From NCBI RefSeq assembly GCF_006345805.1, contig NW_021833647.1, forward strand, positions 1-64,000: a stretch of DNA of 64,000 nucleotides, read 5' to 3'. Made by a program: the position numbers and the translations under genes. The notes under the pieces were generated by a model that worked only from the letters and a program-made list of their open reading frames with translations, was not told the origin of the DNA and ran no database searches. The DNA comes from Octopus sinensis (Eukaryota). Below are positions 39,721 to 51,990 of this stretch, piece by piece. Positions within the stretch are counted from its first letter, which is position 1. Every line of letters begins with the position of its first letter.

Positions 39721-40920
39721 AGTTTATAGAATTTTCTCACAAAACCGTTTCATATTCATACCAATGATACTGTAATTACCTTTGCATTGTGGATTATTCT
39801 CAGTTCACTAGCAAGCATGTCGTACGTATGGCGCTTTTCTACCTCAATTTTCTTTAAAACGATTTATCTCATTTTGTCGTGTCCGGCTTGTTATTCTCAA
39901 CTTATCTGTATTCATTGTCGTGAAAATACGAATCTCCACATAGTTATTTGCAGCCACTGACTTAACAAAATAAGTTTAAAATTTCCTATATTACTTAACT
40001 TCACACTCCCCGCATAAATCCAGATGTACACATTTCACTACTTTGTTGTTTTCGTATGTATCCACTATTTAAAATTCGACCAGACTTTGTTGCTAAGTGG
40101 ATGTTGTCTTCTTAGTCAAGTTACAGTAACTGCACATTGCTCAGCATTGTCAAAAAATAAATTAAGGTCCTGGATAAAACACAGCAGCCCTTCGGTTCTC
40201 GGTGAATTATTTCATGTGATAATCAATGGAAGGATTCAGGTATCGACTTTGGGATTATTTAGACATTCGAAGAGAATCCAATGCAATTATTGTTTCTTCG
40301 CTTCCTTTTCCAAATTGGCTTCTTAGAAGTAAAGCCTTTTTTTTGTTTGCAACTTTAAAGTATAGTCGTTCCAACCTTGATATTTTCTTCGTCGTATCTC
40401 AATTTTTTTTAATCATTTTTTTGCTAACAATAATTAAATTTTCTAATGCACTTTCTTGTGCCTCTAATAATTCCCTAGAATCAAATGCTAAAAGTTTCTC
40501 AATTTCTTCTTCATTAATTTTTCAAAGATTTCCACATTCATAAATATGTAAAATCGGATTTTTTGTCGTAGAATGAATAGTATTGTTGTAATTATAAAAA
40601 TGTCTTTTATGCATGCGCAAGATTGTCCAAAACAATTTCGAGAACTTGCCGACGATATCAGGCTTTTTATGCTTTGATTAAATGAATAAATCGACCTTTC
40701 GACTTGCCTTGTATCCGAAGAGCACGAGGCCTTTCCACGTAGATGTTTTATTACTAACATAATTTTAGAAAATATGTTTTTTGTTTTCAAATGAAATTTA
40801 TTGCTAATTTTATGAGCCTGTATCGTTAATGCCGCCTGATTTATGAATTTTGAGATTCTTCATTTCTTTGATTTTTCTATATTATTCCCCATACTAAATA
40901 GGATGAACACCAAATTAATT

Positions 40921-41040
40921 GGAATCAACAGAAAATCAAGTGGAATCAACAACAAACTAAGTGGGTCTAGCAGAAAACTAAGTGGGACTAACAGTAAATC
41001 AAGTGAATTTAATAACAAACTAAATGGGATCAATAAAGGA
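40921..41040 (+). repeat. 21-bp degenerate tandem repeat, about 6 copies
   Basis: GGAATCAACAGAAAATCAAGT-like units. Confidence 0.7.
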
Positions 41041-41094
41041 TTATTTTTATTATAAATATTATTTCGTCTCAGAGTGCTGCCTTATTGTCAACAA

Positions 41095-41580
41095 GATGCC
41101 TACAAAGGAGATTGTCAAACGTTTTAATCAAACCATCACCCGAAAACTCTCCAAAATGAAAGACACAGATGAAAAAAAGTGGCTGGAAATTCTCAAAAAA
41201 GCAGTGTACCGTTATAACAAGGCTGTACATTCATTTTCAAATCAGAGTCCTTTCGAAAGATATCAAAAAATAAGCGGAATAAACACAGTTGATGCAGGTT
41301 ATAATTATCAAATTATGTTTAAGAAAATATTAAAAATCATTTTGAAAATTATGTTTTAAGTTGGAATCGGTCGGCCTGATATGTTCAAATTTAGAAAATT
41401 CAAGTATTTTAACTTTGAATTTATATTTATGCGATTCTAATTGTCCAAGTCCAAAAAATTCAAACTTAATTTAAATCCGATTGATGTAAACTCAGTCTAC
41501 TATAAGGCAATAAATAGGAAAATCAATGTCCACAATAGTAAATATAAATTTAGTGTTGGAGATAAAGTTTAGATAAAAAA
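41095..41580 (+). mobile_element. Integrase C-terminal fragment (Ginger/gypsy-like)
   Basis: VKRFNQTITRKLSK..KKWLEILKKAVYRYNKAVHS..QSPFE. Confidence 0.7.
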
Positions 41581-41699
41581 TTATACATAGTTTCGAGTTA
41601 AAAAAAGATTATGGAACAAACCCTTCGTTGCGGTTGGATAAATTCGAGTCACCATTCTATCCGGCCGCTGAAATAATTAACAATTTATTAAATAATTGA

Positions 41700-42240
41700 G
41701 GTAAACCCCTTTGGATTGCACTTATTATCGTGTCAGAGAAGCTCCGGACGATTTCCCCGACACGCTGCCCTCAACAACATAGTCAAGCGGACTCTTGAAA
41801 CTGCCTGATTCCCATCACAGTTGGAACCGGTCGGCCTGATTCAGGAGGATGGTAATCGTCCTGACAGCCTAACGATTTTCCCCTTCGAAAATGGCAAGTC
41901 GCTCATCTAGAACGCAACTTGCACGGACACCTTCTCCGCCGGAAGCATCTTTACGTCAGCCACAGAGGCGGGCTCCGCAACTAACCTGGCAGAAACGCTA
42001 AAAATCACCAGCCTCTCCAATTCCTCTTTTGAAGTGCCCCAGGTCCCAGAGTTGTATAGAAGGATTGGTTCGATTAATGTGTCGTATATCATTATTCTCT
42101 GTTTTATGTTATTTTCTTTCAGTTTTAACCATAGGTTCTTCAGTCTGTGTAATGCTGCGTTTAACATGGTTTTTCTCCGTATGATATCTTTACTGTCTCC
42201 TAAAAAGGAGCTAAGTTTCTTTGTGTGTCTCCAGTAATTA
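41700..42240. mobile_element. CRE REL fragment (+) fused to an RTE-like RT C-terminal fragment (-)
   Basis: HLLSC..GRFPRH..RPD..ATCTDTF, then minus-strand IYDTLIEPILLYNSGTW. Confidence 0.75.
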
Positions 42241-42395
42241 GCTATAGTTTATTTAATAAAGTTCCTGTCACAAAGATTATTCAAACAGTATTTTTTTAAT
42301 AATCTAACTAAGAATTATTATTTCGTTTAAAAAGTAAATATATTCTTTTAAGAATCATTTAAAAATAAAATCCAATTTTATTGCAAAAGATTAGT

Positions 42396-43215
42396 CTACT
42401 CTGCCTCTTCCTCAGAGCTCCCCAAATAATTTTTAATGTTTTCACTAATTCCATAAACTGATAATTTCAAAATTGCCGAAACTTGATTATTAGTTGAATG
42501 ATCCAAAGCCTGCATGTTATTTTTATCTAAAATTGTTGGATCGACTCCTATTCAATTTATGTTAAAATAATACCATTTTTTAACAACAAATCTACAATAT
42601 TTGCATATCCTTTAATTGCAGCTCGATGCAATGCGGTCATTCCCAATTTATTCTAAATATAATTAAACTGAAAATACTGTGGAATTCACGTTTTCTGTAA
42701 CTGAAAGAATCTTTTTTATTAATTCTTCGTCGTCAATATCCGCAGCCAAGTGAAGAAGAATATTTCCTGCACTATCCACTGTGTTACAGGAGACCTCAAA
42801 TATTGAAAAGATCAAAAAAACTCCGTGTTTTATAGATTCCAGCACAAAATCTATTTCCTTTCGTCGACAAGCAGAATGAAGTGGTAAATCAATCAAAGAA
42901 CAATTTTCCTGTACTAAAATGAGTTATGGTAATTATTATTCATGGGATTAATTAACAGGAACTAATTAAAATGCATACTAAATGAGGTCTTTATTGAACC
43001 ACATTTAGAACCGGATTCCACTTTTGTTTCGCTATCCTTTTGGTCGTAGTTTTTTATATAAAAGAAACAGTTATCATCAATGTTGATTTCACTTTTCTAA
43101 AATATACTATTTTATTTTACCTTCTTTTTTTTGTAGGTTTCATGTGCTATGGCTACGGTGACATCTAGATAATTATTAAAAATAGTTAAAGCTAAAACTG
43201 ACCAGGTTTATTCAT
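42396..43215 (-). CDS. OSTF1: Osteoclast-stimulating factor 1-like (degenerate SH3 plus ankyrin repeats), with mini-introns
   Basis: Spliced: MNKP..IDLPLHSACRR..DSAGN..NKLGMTALHRAAIKGYANIVDLLL..acidic tail; compare OSTF1 [32 protein letters not shown]. Confidence 0.75.
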
Positions 43216-43403
43216 TTATAATTAAGTCAAAGTGTATTTGTCATATTTTATAAAATTTAAAATAATAATTTATATTTAAAAAAAATTATTGTGTAAGTAA
43301 AAAAATAAATTTTTTAAAACATACATTTTCAGTCTATATTGGGTAATCGAATAAACGACAATTACTGGGAAAAATATTCTTAAATTCTCTTTTTTTTATA
43401 TAT

Positions 43404-44997
43404 TGTCACGCGCCATAAATGAAACGCGTGCCTAAAGTGAAACGCCGTGACCTTGAATTTAACCTTCAATTAAGCTCTTGACAATTATCAAGTCAATATT
43501 AAAGATGATTGCGCACTTTGAGATAATATTATCGAAATGAGATTTGCCAACATTGTAAAGGATGATCAGGAGTATAAGAATATTCTTGATTTTTTAATAA
43601 ATAATACAATACCAGAAGATTTTTCAAGACTAAAAAGATTTCGTTTTCTCAAAAAATGTAGAAATTTCGTAAATTCTGGAAGTACTATTAAATCTAATGA
43701 TAGGTGTGCTATATTATAAACAATCTGATGGAAACAAAATATTGGTAATTGCCTCAAATGATTTCGAATCCATGAAACTGCATTGTGAAAGGAATCATTC
43801 AATTTATCACTATGGATTTAATAAAATGGAAGAGTATTGCAAAAATAATTTTTGCATAATCAATCGAAACATAATTAGGGATGTAATATCATCATGCCAC
43901 AAATGTCAGCGAAGTCAGCCCTTAAAGACAAAATCCACTAGTCAACATAGTAGCCAAAGAACCTCGAGAACGGTTCATTCAATAGCTTATTTTTAGCTAT
44001 CAAGTTGATTTAGTCGATCTTTCGTTTTATGCAGATATAAATGATTCCTATAAATATCTTATGAATGTCATAGATATTTATTCAAAATTTTGCTTGTGCT
44101 AAAAAATAAAATAAAGAAGCAGTTACAGTTTCGGAATCATTGAAAACTATATTTCTTTCCTATGGTCCACCAAAATTCTGCAGTTTGACAACGGAACAGA
44201 ATTTGTTAATTCAGAAATAACGTCATTATGTGAAGAATTTAAAATAATTCATAAAAGGGGACGTCCAAGACATCGAATCACAGGGACAAGTGGAGCGTTG
44301 CAACCAACCATTTGCAGATGGATTCAAAAAGAACTCACAAACAAACAGAAAAAATGGGTGGATGTGTTAGAAAAAATTGTATATCAGTACAATATTTCAA
44401 TTCATTCTTCTATAAATATGTCACCATTTATGGCTTTTTTCCGAACAAGAGGATATAACATTTCTTATTAAATGATGATGAATTAATTGAAGAACATGAA
44501 AATCAAACTATCATAAATGACAAATATCTTGAAAGAATGGAACGAAATTTTTCAAAAACATTGAAAGAAATTGCAATTGGAAATATTGTTTTGCTGAAAA
44601 AAGATTTTGATACAAATCAAAGGACGAAGAAGCGAAAATTAGAATCTTTTTATCATCAACAAATCTTTACTGTTGAAGATTTAATTTCAAATAATAGAGT
44701 TAAAATAAAAGATCAAGATGGAAATGAAAAAATAGTATTTAAATCACAAGTTAAAAAAATTTAGACAGGTAAATTTTCAGGTTAAAATATTTTTAATTTT
44801 TTGGTAATTTTAAAATGGCTAACCATTATTTAAATAAATTGTTAATCTTTCAAACGATAATAATAAAAAATTGATTTCTCGGTTTTATTCCTGTTTTCAT
44901 CAAAGGATTGTTAATTTTATTTTCGAGGTTTTTTGTGGTTTTCTCAAGGTTCACAGCGTTTCGCTTTAGGCACGCGTTTCATCCATTGCGCGCGACA
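43404..44997 (+). mobile_element. Ginger2/TDD-like integrase-type DNA transposon with two mini-introns, frameshifted
   Basis: TGT..ACA termini, ~55-bp TIRs, TATAT TSD; H..H..C..C zinc finger, YQVDLVD, D.YSKF, DNGTEF, QGQVER; introns at 43682-43703 and 43973-43996. Confidence 0.88.
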
Positions 44998-45004
44998 TAT
45001 ATTT

Positions 45005-45500
45005 TATCAAACCAAATTAAGAACAAGCCATTTCATTCTGTCTTGTTCAGGTGTGAAGAGGATTCTAATGTTAACACCAAAATGTCTTGTGAGTGGCTGA
45101 ACAAAGGGAACAATACACCACGAAGTAAAGCTTTGTATTGCCTGTTGCAAGATAGAAATTTGTTCTTTTCTGCGTGTGGTGCGCTGTGCAATCATTGCAA
45201 AAAATCTAAGAGACAGTAGACCACATGGCCACTCTGTTAACAGTGACTATGTGAGAAGGCACGACGAGATTGTAAAATGCATCCATTTGCACGTTTGCAG
45301 ACACTTAGGAGTAAAGAAAATTGGAAAGCTAAAATCCCATTCGGTTCAATCTATAATTTATGGACCAAAAATGTCGAGATATGGATGGATACATCAATAT
45401 CGACAGATACCCAAGTTCAATTCAATAAGCCAGATATCTTTAGCTATGACAAACTGAAGAATGAGATTACCATAACTGAAATGAGAATTAAATTGCAGGA
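45005..45500 (+). mobile_element. NeSL/Utopia-like REL retrotransposon 3' fragment
   Basis: LQDRNLFF..CNHCKK..TVDHMAT..DYVRRHDEIVKCIH..FNKPDIF. Confidence 0.8.
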
Positions 45501-45943
45501 GAAACTCTTCAACGTGTTACAAAGCCTAAAATTTGTAAGTTCTAGGAAGACAGGAAAAACTAGCCATTATCGACGACGGGAAATTTTAAAAAGAATGAGG
45601 CACCGGAGTGTCTCTACTGAGCAGCATATTTTCCGGATAGACACTTTAGATGTCTGAAGTCCACTACAAAAACAACCGCATCTTCTCCAGAACGGACTGT
45701 ATTTTGGGAACGCAGGATTCATAAGATTTATCCAATTTTTCTTTGACATCGAGACCGTAGGCCAACTTAATGGCGTAACGCCTCGTTTTCTCGAGTTTGT
45801 TGATTAGACAAACCCTCTCACGAAATTATTGAGTTTTTAAAATATTCTCATCATATTAAAATTTAAAAATAGATGTATCTTTTATCTATAAAACGCGAGA
45901 CCTTTACTAATTCTAATAAATATAATTATCAACTAAATATTTA

Positions 45944-47527
45944 TAGTTTTCCACACATTTTTGCCACCTTTACAAGCAATTTCGCCACTTTTTCACAAAA
46001 TTTCGTGTAAAGTAGATTATCGGCTTTTCGTTTCAAGCAATTCTGCCACTTTTTCAAGCAATTTCGTGCATAAGAAGATTATCGGTTTATTGTTTCAAGC
46101 AATTTCGTGCATAAGAAGATTATCGGTTTATTGTTTCAAGCAAATTCGCTACTTTTCCAAGCAATTCCGTCACTTTTTCAAGCAATTTCGCCAAATTCTT
46201 AGAAAATTATTTTTTAGAAATATACTCGTCTTACTAATATAGATTTTTTGTTTAAAGCTCTATGAATGAATTAATATTTATTCAAAAAGGAAAGCCGAAA
46301 AAGAGAGCAAAATTAATGAGACAAAAGAATCATTAAGTTTAATCAATTTCTAATGGATCAGTTCTTTTTGCAATGATTTTGCTACATAATGTAACATATT
46401 TCGAAAGAATCCATTACAATCATTTTCTGTAATTGATTCAAAGCCTTCGTTAATTAAAATAAACAATTCATTTTCTTTTTTTGCATTTCCTCTGATTACA
46501 TGATTCTTCCATTTTGAAAAAAACATTTTCAATTGGATTTAAAAATGGTGAATATGGTGGTAGATATAAAATTTCCAAATTTAATTCACTTATTTTTGAT
46601 TTTAACAGTTTTAACTGGGGATTCAATTCCATTGTCAATACACGCAGATTTTAAGTTAACAATGTAATTCACAAAAAATTCTCCATTTATTGGTCTATTG
46701 TGTAATTCTTTCATGATCATTCCATATTTATTCATGGAAGCAATAACGGAAAAATTTCTGCTTCTTACAGAGGCGGTGACTAAATATGGAATTGAAGAGT
46801 ATTTCTTGCTTCTGGTCAGTAGTTATTATTTTAAGTGTGTAGTGAAACTCTTTTAAACATCGATGAACAGTGCTTTCGCTGATGGCTAAATTTTGTTCTG
46901 AAAAAAATTTATTTTGTAAATCACGTAATGTTATCGTAGGGTGACAATCGACCCATACTCTAATTTGATTTTTTTGATTTTCATTCAGCTTTGATGATCT
47001 ATTTCCACCTGTTGGTTTTTTTATATATTCTTCCCTCATTATGAAATGTGTTAACTATTGAAACTATTGTACTCCTTGGAAGTTTAGTATTTTTGAGATT
47101 TCCGTATTGCTTAGTCCTGAATTTGAGTGAGTTATTATCAATCTTCTAGTATCATTGTTAATTTTGTTTCTACTCATGACAAAAATTTAGTGTTTAATAC
47201 GTTTATAAATGTATTTAATTGACATAAAAAAAGGTAAATTTATTTTTAAAAAATTTGATGAAATTGCTTGGAAAAGTAGCGAATTTGCTTAAAACAATAA
47301 ACCGATAATCCTCTTATGCACGAAATTGCTTGAAAAAGTGGCAGAATTGCTTGAAACGAAAAGCCGATAATCTACTTTACACTAAATTGCTTGAAAAAGT
47401 GGCGAAATTGCTTGTAAAAGTGGCAGAATTGCTTGAAACGAAAAGCCGATAATCTACTTTACACGAAATTGCTTGAAAAAGTGGCGAAATTGCTTGCAAA
47501 AGTGGCGAAAAAGTGTGGAAAACCCTA
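45944..47527 (-). mobile_element. Tc1/IS630-family element with long repeat-containing TIRs; transposase ~46350-47177 degraded
   Basis: TIRs GTTTTCCACAC..TTGCCACC/GGCGAAAAAGTGTGGAAAAC with AAGCAATTTCG repeats; HTH, GGNR..KL, YLPPYSPFLNPIE. Confidence 0.88.
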
Positions 47528-48239
47528 TAAATAATTTAATCTTACAATTCTTTTAATCCTATCCTATAATCCTAAATCCTATTTATTCTTTTATATTTTT
47601 TTAGACAATTTTTCGGTTTAAAAACCTGGATAGTAATATAATCTTGTTTTAAGTATCGATTTTTTTTTTTTAATTTAGATTTTTTTTTAACAATTAACAC
47701 CGAAAATAGTTAAGTTCCAGCGGCGAGGACGCATGTGCGTTGCCCCGAACAAAAGGCCGATGCGCTGGCGATTTCAATTAATTAAACTGCTCTCATTGTC
47801 TATCGATCCATATTTTTAACCAGGCATATTTTTAATCAGCAGGACAAAGATTTTCAACCAATCCAATAGCATTTTAAATGCAAATTTCTAAAAAGACTTT
47901 AACAAAAAATAAAGCGTGGCGTTTCAGCAAAAAATTGCTGTTAAAGACAATTAATGTTTCACCTGATATCCAAGCTCGAAATCATTAAAGAGAGGAAAAC
48001 ATGAACTCTAATAATCTGCCATTATAGATAAAAATGCTAAAGGAGAAGTATAAACTGTCGAAAATTATCTACCTTGGTTTTTATGTTTTTGATCTCCAGG
48101 GTGGTTTTTAATTTGACTCTTATTTCTGAAGTATGGAAGTTTTATTCCTATAGTCTTTCTAAACTAATTTTAAAATAAAACGTAAAACTTTGGATAAATG
48201 AAACCAAACAAAATTAACAAAACCAAAAGAGATAGTTAA

Positions 48240-49260
48240 ATGGTTAAAGGGGTTTAGTTAAATGGGAAAAGTAACCCCATGTCATCACCTTAAAAAAAGG
48301 CCTGCATTTTAATTTACACTCAGTGTTTTTAAGTTCACATCCTTTCTTCAAGTAATTGAATTGCTCACAGTAGACTGTCGGCAAATCGATAGCCAGGCCG
48401 CCTTTAATCACCTCAAAATTTTTAAATCCCAATTCTGTCATTTTCGAATATAAATTTCCGATTCTGTTATTTTCAAAGATCCCAACGAGTCGATCAGACT
48501 CTTTCAAAGGATCTCATGGCCATCATGCGCGGAATTGCCAGTCGATTCGCTGCGCATTTTAACTCTTTTCGTTTATTAACAATAAGTTTGTCTTTAAAAA
48601 AAAATAATTTCCGAAAAATAACTGAATCGGGTCCGAACCTAAAATATCTTAGTCAATGCAAATACAGTCTGTCTCCGCCAACATACTCCAAATTTTTGAG
48701 AAAATTAAGATTTTTTAATTTAGCAGGAACGGAGATCATGACAAATCCTGTCAGCGCCTGAACCGAACTTAGATATTTAAAGTTCTCATTTGGAATTTTT
48801 CTAATTATAGGGATTTGCCATCAAGTACTCGTGTGGCATTATGAAAATGCTTCCGATTACGACAGAACAATGTTCAAATTGATTGATGTTCAAATTGGTG
48901 ATCAAAATAACTTCTTCCACGACTTCACAAACTATTTTTGTAAAGAAAAACATTTCTAAACTATAAGAGTTGTTGAAAAGGTTTATTTTTATTGCGAGTC
49001 CACCGATGAATACTTCCCGTTGTCCACACTCCAACTCATTTTCGCAATCGTGAGTTATTTTTGCTATGAAAATTTTTGTGATGAAAAAACTTTTAACAAG
49101 TTTGGCGCCACACGGATATTTTATGAAGGAAATTCGCTCTTCGCCCGAATCCAACGTGATTTTTTTTGTCTTGTTGCATTCTATGCATGAATAGTGAGCT
49201 AAATTCCACCTTGTGAATTCACAAGAAAAACCAGGGAGCTTACAATCGCTAAATAACCAA
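48240..49260 (-). pseudogene. EGFR/insulin-receptor-type ectodomain fragment (Cys-rich and L domains)
   Basis: NINQFEHCSVVIGSIFI...YLSSVQALTGFVMI..LKNLNFLKNLEYVGG parallels EGFR L2 NIKHFKNCTSISGDLHI..LKTVKEITGFLLI..LHAFENLEIIRG. In-frame TAG at 48801-48803; 27-nt intron at 48639-48665. Confidence 0.7.
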
Positions 49261-49429
49261 GCATTTTATCTAACGGCAAATCAATCTCCTTTTATAATAA
49301 TCAGGTTACGTAAGTCTAGAAGGAGTCACAATTAATAATCAACGATGATTGTAATAAACCGTATTATGATTTCGAACAATGTTTGATAATTAATCTATCA
49401 TTTCGAAATTGCACGCAGATTAATACAGT

Positions 49430-50590
49430 GTATCTCACCGCATATCTTTGCCTTGATCTCAGTGGAGACATCGGCAGTCCTCGGTCCCAGAACTAAAAAA
49501 TTCCTTATTAAACTGGGGGATTGGCAAGCAGAAGAGAAATAATCATCGGGAACGGACATGGCTTTTCCAACGCATATCAATAACCATCTTGCGTGGGAAT
49601 TGCTATTTCATCTTATCCTCTGCTGCTAATTAAATCTTAATAATAAAATGGTATGGTGTGTGTTGTCTGTCTGTGTGTGCACACCAACTTCAAATTGGCA
49701 AAGTACAGATAAATTGTCAAAACGCTCCTTTTCTGATTTTCCTTGGACACAAATGTTGCTCATTTCAGCAAAGTCTGGAGAAAACAAGGCCTTGACTTTC
49801 CGGAAGATCGAATGTCTCAACGAGCTGGGATCGAATTAGATGCAAGCAAGCTTTCAATCTGCTGCTCGAGTCGTCCAACCAGCACCGCCGCGCTTGCCTT
49901 CTGTCGGCGGCATCCCCCGCTAGCGGAGCTTGGCTTTGTGCATTCCCGAACGCCCCATCTGGCACTCTCCTTGACGATGAAGCGGAAGGATCGGAGTCTC
50001 TCTGCGACTCGGACTAAGGCAATGTGTCCCGCACACGTGCCGCTGTGGCTGCACTGTTGACCCTTTCGGTCTGCACCCTTTATCGTGCAAGAGGAGTGCC
50101 GGACGTTTCCGAGGCACTCTGCAATGAACGACATCATACGGAGGGCCCTCGACTCGGCGGGATTTCCTTCGGTCCTCGAGCCACCGGGCCTCGACCGCGG
50201 CGACGGGAAACGTCCTGACGGGATGACCCTTTTCCCCTTCGAAGGCGGAAAAGGCCTCGTTTGGGACGCAACCTGCTGCTGCGACACCTTTTCTGCTTTC
50301 TCTTCTCACTTAACTTCGTGTGCCCTGGAGGCCAAATCTGCAGCTAAGAAGGCTGAAGATTTAAGCTTTTAAAATATTCTGCCCTCTCGGAGAAGTTTTT
50401 CTCGTGGTGCCGATCGCGGCTGAGACGTCGGGTGCTCTCAGTCCAAAAACTGAAAAGTTCCTTCGCAAGCTCGGAGCCAAAATCTCAATGCGCACCATGA
50501 TCCTCGGGAGGCGAACTGGCTAATGCAACGGCTCTCAATTGCCATTATCCGGGGAAACAGTTTGGGCAATCCGCCAGGCTACATATCCAC
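49430..50590 (+). mobile_element. Two CRE 3' fragments separated by a Helitron-like 5' end (49636-49830)
   Basis: VETSAVLGP..ILRGN*; TCTTAATAATAAAA..GTCTGTCTGT; CRCG..HPLSC..KRPDG..WDATC. Confidence 0.75.
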
Positions 50591-50714
50591 CATAAACATA
50601 ATTCTATCTTTTCATTGATTATTATTGCAATTAATCGATTGTCAAAATCTTTCCCCCTTATAATTAGCCAATAATGGGGAACAAGCTTAAAATCATGAAC
50701 TCCTTCAAGAATCT

Positions 50715-51590
50715 TCCACCCTACGATGTCCTCGACTTACATGATGAGGTCCTTAAAACCTTCCCCCCCAAAAAAATTAAAAAAATTTTCTGCATTTTGG
50801 TTAAAATGAACAACCACGATGTCCTCGACTTACATGATGAGTCCTTAAAACCTTCCCGCAAAAAATCAAAATATTATTTCTGCATTTGATTAAAATGAAC
50901 AACGTTAATGTCCTCGACTTACATGATGAGGTCCTTAAAACCTTCCCCCCCCCCAAAAAAATTAAAAAAAATTTTCTGCATTTTGGTTAAAATGAACAAC
51001 TACATGTCCTCGACTTACATGATGAGGCCCTTAACAACCTTCCCCCCCAAAAAATTTAAAAAAATTTTCTGCTTTTGGGTAAAATTAACAACTACGATGT
51101 CCTCGACTTACTGATGAGGTCCTTAAAACCTTCCCCCAAAAAAATTAAAAAAATTTTCTGCAGTTTGGTTAAAATGACAACTACGAAGTCCTCGACTTAC
51201 ATGATGGGGTCCTTAAAACCTTCCTCCAAAAAAAATTAAAAAAATTTTCTGCAGTTTGGTTAAAATGAACAACTACGAAGTCCTCGACTTACATGATGGG
51301 GTCCTTAAAACCTTCCTCCAAAATTAAAAATTTTCTGCAGTTTGGTTAAAATGAACAACTACGAAGTCCTCGACTTACATGATGGGGTCCTTAAAACCTT
51401 CATCCAAAAAAAATTAAAAAAAATTTTCTGCATTTTGGTTAAAATGAACAACTACGATGTCCTCGACTTACATGATGAGGTCTTTGAAACCTCCGCCAAA
51501 AAATCAAAAAATTATTTCTGCATTTGATTAAAATGAACAACTTTAATGTCCTCGACATTCATGATGATGTCCATTAAAACCTTCGAGGCA
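50715..51590 (+). repeat. ~90-bp tandem satellite, about 10 copies
   Basis: Unit CTACGATGTCCTCGACTTACATGATGAGGTCCTTAAAACCTTCCC..TTTCTGCATTTTGGTTAAAATGAACAA. Confidence 0.95.
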
Positions 51591-51799
51591 AAAATCTCAC
51601 GTATTAAGAATATCCTTGATGAAAACGACAGCGAGAATATTAACACTGATGAACTCCTAATTATTCGCGAGAAAGAAATCAATTCATCCTATGTTTTTCT
51701 CTTTAAAATTAAATGCATATATCATTATCGACATGAATCAAAATTAAAGCTATTATCATATTGACTTTTACAGAATGTGCAATTACAGATTGCACGACT

Positions 51800-51990
51800 T
51801 TGAAATAGAGTGTGCAATTAACAGATTTTGAAAAACCACTTTGATAGTTGAAACCACATTAGCACAATCATTAACACAATTTACCACCAATTGACGCACG
51901 ACCTTGAATAGAGTGTGCAATTAACAGATTTTGAAAAACACTTTGATAGTTGAAACCACATTAGCACAATCATTAACACAATTTACAACC
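51800..51990 (+). repeat. ~105-bp tandem duplication
   Basis: ATAGAGTGTGCAATTAACAGATTTTGAAAAAC..CACAATTTAC occurs twice. Confidence 0.9.

Noticed and set aside
47715-47775. GC-rich hairpin with TCCTCGC on the minus strand as an HDV-like ribozyme
   Set aside because: A P3/L3-like part is present, but no matching P1, P1.1 GG or P2 could be formed.
50625-50645. AATTAATCGAT after a CRE 3' end as a specific target shared with 11415
   Set aside because: Other CRE ends lack it and no TSD could be defined for this copy.
50715-51590. Satellite as CRISPR array, hammerhead ribozyme array or C/D snoRNA cluster (ATGATGA motif)
   Set aside because: No unique spacers and a eukaryotic context; the hammerhead stem II/GAAA core and box D CTGA are not consistently present.
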